Assembly (NCBI RefSeq): GCF_051097895.1
Contig: NZ_CP142525.1
Location: 2,100,001-2,132,000 of the forward strand
Length of the DNA: 32,000 nucleotides
Direction of reading: 5' to 3'
From: Psychrobacter sp. HD31
GTDB taxonomy: Bacteria > Pseudomonadota > Gammaproteobacteria > Pseudomonadales > Moraxellaceae
Translations under genes and position numbers: made by a program
Part shown: one piece after another, positions 26,750 to 32,000 of the stretch
Position numbering within the stretch: the first letter of the stretch is position 1
How the letters are laid out: each line of letters opens with the position of its first letter
The notes under the pieces: generated by a model
What the model was told of the DNA's origin: nothing
Seen by the model: the letters and a program-made list of their open reading frames with translations, nothing else
The model's database searches: none

Positions 26750-26820
26750 TTTTTGGCTTGATAACCAGCTTTAAAAGTTTGCTATCAAGTTGATGTGTCG
26801 TTAGGTTTGCTAACCACATA

Positions 26821-26869
26821 AAGCCTGCTTTTATCCCCTTTAATTAGGGAACTTAAGCGGGCTTTTTTT
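26821..26869 (+). terminator. Rho-independent terminator after the binding-protein gene
   Basis: AAGCCTGCTT pairs with AAGCGGGCTT (one G-U pair) around a structured loop, followed by TTTTTTT. Confidence 0.7.
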
Positions 26870-26989
26870 GGATGGTGCAAAAATGGATTTAACTAGCTTT
26901 TACTGGCGGTATCGGCTTAAGCTTGTTATCATAACTAACTAATTTTAAGAACGATTGGATAGATGTATGTTTTTTAGGATGGATGTTTC

Positions 26990-27727
26990 ATGTTAGATTT
27001 GGAAGGCTTTGGACATTTATTGATAACAGGCTCATGGCTGACTATTAAACTTGCGATAGTGAGTTTAGCTATTGGTATGGTGTTTGGTATTATTGGCGCG
27101 ACTGCTAAGCTTTCATCAGTGTGGATATTTAATCGACTGGCAACCATGTATACCACGGTGATGCGTGGGATACCTGAACTATTAATGATTTTATTTATAT
27201 ATTTTGGCGGTACCATTATATTAAATAAAGTGTTAAAAAGTTTTGGTTATACCCAACATATTGACATTAGCCCTTTTGCAGCCGGTGTAGCGGTATTGGC
27301 AATTGCTTTTGGTGCTTACGCAACAGAAGTGTTGCGCATGGCAATACAAGAAATCCCTACCGGACAATGGGAAGCTGCTAAAGCAATAGGGATGAACCCT
27401 ATACAAACTTTTTTTCGTATTATTTTACCGCAAGTTTGGGCATTGGCATTGCCAGGTTTGGGCAATTTATTTTTAGTATTGATTAAAGATACAGCATTGG
27501 TTTCGGTTGTTGGTTTATACGATATCATGTATTACGCCAAAAAGGGTGGGGAATCAACGGCAGAGCCATTTACGTTTTATTTTGCAGCGGCATTGATATA
27601 CTTGCTAATCACAACCGTGGTGACTGGCGCTATGATATTTTTAGAAAAAAGAGCAAATCCAGCCAAGCAGTATTCTTTAAAACTTAAACGTATGTCTGAT
27701 AGTCACAATATAGCAAGCGTGCCGTAG
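26990..27727 (+). CDS. Amino-acid ABC transporter permease (HisQ-like)
   Basis: It is a polytopic protein with the EAA-type loop QWEAAKAIGMNPIQTFFRIILPQ. Confidence 0.88.
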   Translation: MLDLEGFGHLLITGSWLTIKLAIVSLAIGMVFGIIGATAKLSSVWIFNRLATMYTTVMRGIPELLMILFIYFGGTIILNKVLKSFGYTQHIDISPFAAGVAVLAIAFGAYATEVLRMAIQEIPTGQWEAAKAIGMNPIQTFFRIILPQVWALALPGLGNLFLVLIKDTALVSVVGLYDIMYYAKKGGESTAEPFTFYFAAALIYLLITTVVTGAMIFLEKRANPAKQYSLKLKRMSDSHNIASVP

Positions 27728-27742
27728 GGAGAGAAAAATATT

Positions 27743-28477
27743 ATGAACTGGAATTGGAATGTAATTTTTGACTCGCTACCGACTTTGTTTGAGGCATCAA
27801 TATTAACCGCTAAGTTAGTTATTTTATCGGGTATCTTAGGGCTCTTTTTTGGTGTTATTATTGGACTGCTTAGGGCAAATAAAAATAGATGGATACAAGC
27901 GTTGCCATTTGCTTTTATCTTCTTTTTTAGAGGAACGCCCTTATTAGTCCAAATATTTTTGGTATATGCAGGGCTGGGGCAGTTTGATTTTGTCCGCGAG
28001 TCTGTATTGTGGGAACCCGTTTTTAAACAAGCCTTTTGGTGTGCGATTATTGCCTTTACCTTAAACACCAGTGCTTATATTGCAGAGATTGTACGTGGTG
28101 CGATTGAAGCGATTCCGAAGGGTGAACTTGAAGCGGCAGATGCCATTGGCATGTCGCCTTTGCAAAAATTGTTAAGAGTGACCCTGCCAAGAGCCTTTGG
28201 TATTATGATCCCAGCATATAGTAATGAAGTTATTTTTATGCTTAAAGGCAGTGCGCTTGCCTCTACCATTACTTTGGTAGAGTTGACTCGTGCAGCCCAA
28301 AAAATTGGATCAAAAACGTATGCCGTTATCGAGATGTATTTTGCTGCGGGTATCTTTTATTTGTTGTTGTCGTGGTTGTTTATGTGGCTGTTTAGAAACC
28401 TAGAAAAACGATTTAACAAGCACAACCAAGGTGTCGTGCCACCAGAAGCAGCCGCTGGCACCATTGCACATTCATAA
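27743..28477 (+). CDS. Amino-acid ABC transporter permease (HisM-like)
   Basis: It is a polytopic protein with the EAA loop ELEAADAIGMSPLQKLLRVTLPRA. Confidence 0.88.
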   Translation: MNWNWNVIFDSLPTLFEASILTAKLVILSGILGLFFGVIIGLLRANKNRWIQALPFAFIFFFRGTPLLVQIFLVYAGLGQFDFVRESVLWEPVFKQAFWCAIIAFTLNTSAYIAEIVRGAIEAIPKGELEAADAIGMSPLQKLLRVTLPRAFGIMIPAYSNEVIFMLKGSALASTITLVELTRAAQKIGSKTYAVIEMYFAAGIFYLLLSWLFMWLFRNLEKRFNKHNQGVVPPEAAAGTIAHS

Positions 28478-28632
28478 TGATTATATTGATATTTTTAAGC
28501 CGTTTATACATGAGTATGAGCGGTTTTTTATTGCCTAATTAGGTTAAATGTTACAATGATTGAGATTACTAAGATTGCCATAAATAAAATTAATTTTGGT
28601 GAGAATTAATAAATTTGCGATAAGGAGTAACT

Positions 28633-29259
28633 ATGAAAAACTTAGAAATTGGTAAAGTGGTTTGCGTTGGACGTAACTATGCCGACCATGCAAAAGAATT
28701 AGGTAATGAAGTACCTAGCCAACCCATCTTATTCATGAAGCCAGCATCTGCGGTGGTATCGATTAATGAAGCAATTCAGCTACCTGATTTTGGTGGAGAA
28801 GTACATTTTGAAGCCGAGCTTTGCGTGCAAGTGGGTAAAGATTTAGTAAATGCCAGCATGGATGAGGTTAAAACAGCGATTAATGCAGTAACCTTGGGGT
28901 TAGATTTAACATTACGTGATTTGCAAACTAAATTAAAAAGCAAAGGACACCCATGGGAGCGTTCAAAAGCGTTTGCTGGCTCGTGTGTACTGGCTGACTG
29001 GGTTTCGCCAAATGGTTTTGGCGATTTAACACAGGTGCATTATCAATTATTTATGAATGATGAATGTAAACAAGATGGTGATACTGCGCTTATGCTATTC
29101 CCGATTTATGAGCTGCTGGTAGATATTAGTAAAGCATTTGGTTTGCAGGCTGGTGATGTGGTGATGACGGGAACACCAAAAGGCGTTGGTAAAATCACAG
29201 CAGGCGATAAGTTAACGTTGGTACTAGATGAACATAGGTGGGCAACCGAAGTTTGTTAA
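28633..29259 (+). CDS. Fumarylacetoacetate hydrolase-family protein (YcgM-like)
   Basis: The protein is 208 aa. It has KVVCVGRNYADHAKELG, FMKPASA, HFEAEL and GDVVMTGTPKGVG, typical of the FAH fold. Confidence 0.85.
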   Translation: MKNLEIGKVVCVGRNYADHAKELGNEVPSQPILFMKPASAVVSINEAIQLPDFGGEVHFEAELCVQVGKDLVNASMDEVKTAINAVTLGLDLTLRDLQTKLKSKGHPWERSKAFAGSCVLADWVSPNGFGDLTQVHYQLFMNDECKQDGDTALMLFPIYELLVDISKAFGLQAGDVVMTGTPKGVGKITAGDKLTLVLDEHRWATEVC

Positions 29260-29324
29260 GTGTAATACGTAAACACATGCGCAATATTTAATTATAATAA
29301 TCATTTACATTTAGAGTCATGGTT

Positions 29325-29364
29325 TTGTCATTTATCAGTCAATTAGTTGTCATATTTCTATCAT
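29325..29364 (+). promoter_or_regulatory. Candidate tandem Pho boxes (PhoB binding sites) upstream of phoX
   Basis: Four 7-bp units sit at an exact 11-bp phase: TTGTCAT-ttat-CAGTCAA-ttag-TTGTCAT-attt-CTATCAT. Against the CTGTCAT consensus they match 6/7, 5/7, 6/7 and 6/7. The downstream gene is a classic Pho-regulon member. Confidence 0.5.
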
Positions 29365-29626
29365 AGTATGGCAAAGATACAAGCAGTTACATTATGGCTT
29401 TTAAAGATAAATGACAAAATAAAATTTTAGGCAATCAAGCTCATTACTCATGTGATTTACGCAGCTTGTCTTGCCTTTTTTAATTCATTTACCTTTTTAT
29501 TTATCGCTATTGTGTGACTTATCGCTAGTGTGATCTCTTTGTTTAAATACCAAAATAACATTGAGTACCAATTAGTTAGTGATTCGATCATCAACTCAAT
29601 AAAATCCAATATGCAAGGTAATGATT

Positions 29627-31888
29627 ATGACTCAGCACAATGAAGACCTATTTGATTATGAATACGAAGAAGATTCAAATCCTTCAAATAACCAACAATT
29701 TTCTGAAATATTAAGTAAACGTATGGATCGCCGTACTGTTTTAAAAGGGGGTGCTGGTTTAACCACAGCGGCATTTTTTGGTAGTTTGCCATTGGCAGGG
29801 TGCACAACGGCGAATAGCACAAGCCCTTATGGTTCTGGTACTACGATGACAGCCTCTGGTTTGGCAACCCCAGCAGCGGTAGATACGACTCGCCCTCAAG
29901 CATTAAAATTTGCCCCTGTTGCGCACACAACCATTGGCGATATTACGGTTGCAGATGGTTACCATGCAGAGCCAATTCTGCCATTAGGCACGCCATTAGT
30001 ATCTGGCATTGAAGATTGGAAAGATAACCGAGAACAATCAGGCGAATCTTTTGAATACCGCATGGGTGATAACCATGATGGTATGTGGTTCTTTGGTAAA
30101 CAAGGCAACGGCTATCATCCAAAAGAATCGAACTCCGGTTTATTAGTGATGAACCACGAATATGTTAATGCACAACATTTACACCCATCTGCCATTGGTA
30201 AGAGTAAAAAAGAGTTGCATGAGGGTAAATATGTGGTGGTAGAAGACCCAACAGCAGAAAAAATCTATCAAAAGAAGCGTCTTGCCAGTGATGTACGCCG
30301 AGAAGTCAATTGCCATGGTGTGGCGGTTGTTGAAATGAAGAAAAAAGCCAATGGTCAAGGTTATGAGATGGTAAAAGACTCCCCATTTAACCGCCGTGTT
30401 ACCAGTGCTACCAAAGCGGTTTTGTCAGGTCCTGTGGCGGGTCATGCGTTAGTAAAAACCAAGTATGATCCATCGGGTCGCACAACACGTGGTATTAACA
30501 ATAACTGTGGTGCGGGTTTATCACCTTGGGGTACATACCTAACAACAGAAGAAAACTTTTTGGGTGTGTTTGGGCGAGGTGAAGATACAAGCAAAATTGG
30601 GGAAAAAGCAAATTTTGCTCGCAAGCGTTATGGCGCAAAAGAAAACTTTGCAAGCTGGGGTTACCTTTGGTATACACCCGCCGCAAAAGATGAAATCTTT
30701 ACTGATGAGTTTGCTCGTTGGGATATGACGGCAAAAGAAGGTGATGCTAGTCAGGACTATCGTAATGTGTTTAATACGTTTGGTTATATTACCGAAATTG
30801 ACCCATTTAATCCAAAATCTGCACCAGTTAAGCGTACGGCATTAGGTCGATTTGCGCATGAAAACTGTGCTTTTGCACCCGTTGTAGAAGGTCAACCTGT
30901 TGTGTTTTATATGGGTGATGATTCTCGTGGTGAATATATTTACAAATTTGTCTCTGCAGCGAAATGGTCAAATTCCGATATTGGGGGTGGTCATCGTGCG
31001 GGTGACAAATACATGAACAAAGGCACACTGTATGTTGCTAAATTTAATGAAAATGGAACAGGTGAGTGGAAAGCCCTAAAATATGGTGTCAATGGTTTAG
31101 ATGCTTCTAACAAAGCCTTACCATTTAATAGCCAGGCAGAAGTATTAATATTTGCTCGTGCAGCGGCAGATGCAGTTCATGCAACGCGTATGGATCGCCC
31201 TGAGTGGCTGTCTGTAAGCCCTATGACGGGTGAGGTATATTGCACATTAACTAACAATGCTAAAAAGAGCCGTGTTTGGGATAACAACCCTGACGGTGGT
31301 CGTACTAAGATTGATACAGTAGCAGCTAACCCACGTAGCTATGGTAAAGGTGGTAATGTACACGGTCACATTATTCGATGGGCTGAATCTGGCAATAACC
31401 ATACAGCGACAACGTTTGAATGGGATATCTACTTATTTGCAGCACCTAATGATTTAAGTGCAGAAAACCTATCTGGTTTGAATGCCAATAATGACATGTC
31501 TGCCCCTGATGGCTTGTTTTTTGACCCACGTGGCGTACTTTGGATTGAAACCGATGACGGAAAATACACAGATACGACCAGTTGTATGCTTTTAGCTGCA
31601 TTGCCGGGTCAAGTGGGTGATGGTCAAACAACGACAACATCAGCAGGTACACAAACTCGGGTTGGTGCTGCGGCAACTGATGAAAATATTAAGCGTTTCT
31701 TTGTTGGTCCTAAAGGCTGTGAAGTAACGGGCATTACTATGACACCAGACTTTAAAACCATGTTTATTAATATTCAGCATCCAGGTGGTAACTGGTCTGC
31801 TGCAAATAATGGTTCAACACCACGTTCAGCAACGGTTATGATTACCAAAAAAGATGGCGGTGTCATCTTGGGTGAATCTATGGCATAA
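29627..31888 (+). CDS. phoX: PhoX-family alkaline phosphatase (DUF839 beta-propeller), Tat-exported
   Basis: It has the twin-arginine motif DRRTVLKGGAGL, and its large size and overall pattern (NHEY, DRPEW, MDRPEWLSV, NIQHPG) are typical of PhoX. I prefer the ATG at 29627 (AAGG 8 nt upstream) to 29621. Confidence 0.85.
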   Translation: MTQHNEDLFDYEYEEDSNPSNNQQFSEILSKRMDRRTVLKGGAGLTTAAFFGSLPLAGCTTANSTSPYGSGTTMTASGLATPAAVDTTRPQALKFAPVAHTTIGDITVADGYHAEPILPLGTPLVSGIEDWKDNREQSGESFEYRMGDNHDGMWFFGKQGNGYHPKESNSGLLVMNHEYVNAQHLHPSAIGKSKKELHEGKYVVVEDPTAEKIYQKKRLASDVRREVNCHGVAVVEMKKKANGQGYEMVKDSPFNRRVTSATKAVLSGPVAGHALVKTKYDPSGRTTRGINNNCGAGLSPWGTYLTTEENFLGVFGRGEDTSKIGEKANFARKRYGAKENFASWGYLWYTPAAKDEIFTDEFARWDMTAKEGDASQDYRNVFNTFGYITEIDPFNPKSAPVKRTALGRFAHENCAFAPVVEGQPVVFYMGDDSRGEYIYKFVSAAKWSNSDIGGGHRAGDKYMNKGTLYVAKFNENGTGEWKALKYGVNGLDASNKALPFNSQAEVLIFARAAADAVHATRMDRPEWLSVSPMTGEVYCTLTNNAKKSRVWDNNPDGGRTKIDTVAANPRSYGKGGNVHGHIIRWAESGNNHTATTFEWDIYLFAAPNDLSAENLSGLNANNDMSAPDGLFFDPRGVLWIETDDGKYTDTTSCMLLAALPGQVGDGQTTTTSAGTQTRVGAAATDENIKRFFVGPKGCEVTGITMTPDFKTMFINIQHPGGNWSAANNGSTPRSATVMITKKDGGVILGESMA

Positions 31889-31921
31889 AGCCATCAAAAC
31901 AAAAGAATGAATGAGATTATT

Positions 31922-31950
31922 AAAATCACTTAAATCATTTAAGTGATTTT
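31922..31950 (+). terminator. Rho-independent terminator after phoX
   Basis: A perfect 13-bp stem AAAATCACTTAAA / TTTAAGTGATTTT has a 3-nt loop, and the T-rich 3' arm ends in TTTT. Confidence 0.75.
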
Positions 31951-31986
31951 AATTTTAAGCGTTAAAATTTACAAAAGGAGCCTAAG

Positions 31987-32000
31987 ATGGGCGGACTATC
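31987..32000 (+). CDS. Start of an unidentified CDS truncated by the window edge
   Basis: An ATG is preceded by an AAGGAG RBS at proper spacing. Only 4 codons are visible. Confidence 0.3.

Noticed and set aside
25921-28269. Minus-strand ORFs of 64-124 aa antisense to the ABC transporter genes (25921-26295, 26012-26311, 26488-26745, 26974-27216, 27316-27528, 27703-28068, 28075-28269)
   Set aside because: All lie inside the binding-protein or permease genes, which carry clear family motifs. They have no independent start signals.
10006-29626. Longer N-terminal extensions proposed by the ORF track for several genes (10006, 11686, 13301, 13841, 15711, 18399, 20567, 25874, 29621)
   Set aside because: In most cases the upstream start is a TTG or GTG, or lacks an RBS. 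An internal ATG with a well-spaced Shine-Dalgarno sequence then gives the N-terminus expected for the family or a proper signal peptide. The extended versions are kept only as alternatives.

Overview
This looks like a gammaproteobacterial chromosomal segment, because the tRNA-Gly is nearly identical to the enterobacterial glyV type. It contains one clear accessory locus followed by about 22 kb of ordinary housekeeping genes.

**Accessory locus (1-9372, minus strand).** This is a complete Cas8-less type I-F2 (I-Fv) CRISPR-Cas system with the gene order cas1, cas2-3, cas7fv, cas5fv, cas6f. An AT-rich leader and an array of at least 38 repeats follow it, and the array runs off the left edge of the window. 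The repeat is 28 bp, GTTCACCACCGCATAGGTGGCTTAGAAA on the minus strand, and spacers are 32-33 bp. The locus sits immediately 3' of a tRNA-Gly(GCC) gene (9771-9846, minus strand).

**Remaining genes (9847-32000).**
- M48 lipoprotein protease, bolA, a SirB2-like membrane protein and a lipoprotein.
- A BigR/SqrR-type persulfide-sensing module: an ArsR-family regulator, a divergent MBL-fold dioxygenase-like gene with a small DUF2892 ORF missing from the ORF track, and a SulP/STAS permease.
- nfuA, metY, a universal stress protein, a GT2 glycosyltransferase, a DedA-family protein, yaiI, rpoN and proA.
- A three-domain MmcQ/YjbR plus PUA/EVE-like fusion protein that follows proA directly.
- A polar amino-acid ABC transporter (ATPase, binding lipoprotein, two permeases) and a FAH-family protein.
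- A Tat-signal PhoX phosphatase preceded by tandem Pho-box-like repeats.

**Assessment.** I do not see convincing evidence for a wholly new system. The best candidates for a second look are the minimal I-F2 locus and its leader architecture, the YjbR-EVE-like fusion, and the persulfide module. All protein calls rest on motif recognition and recalled family features, not on database searches.
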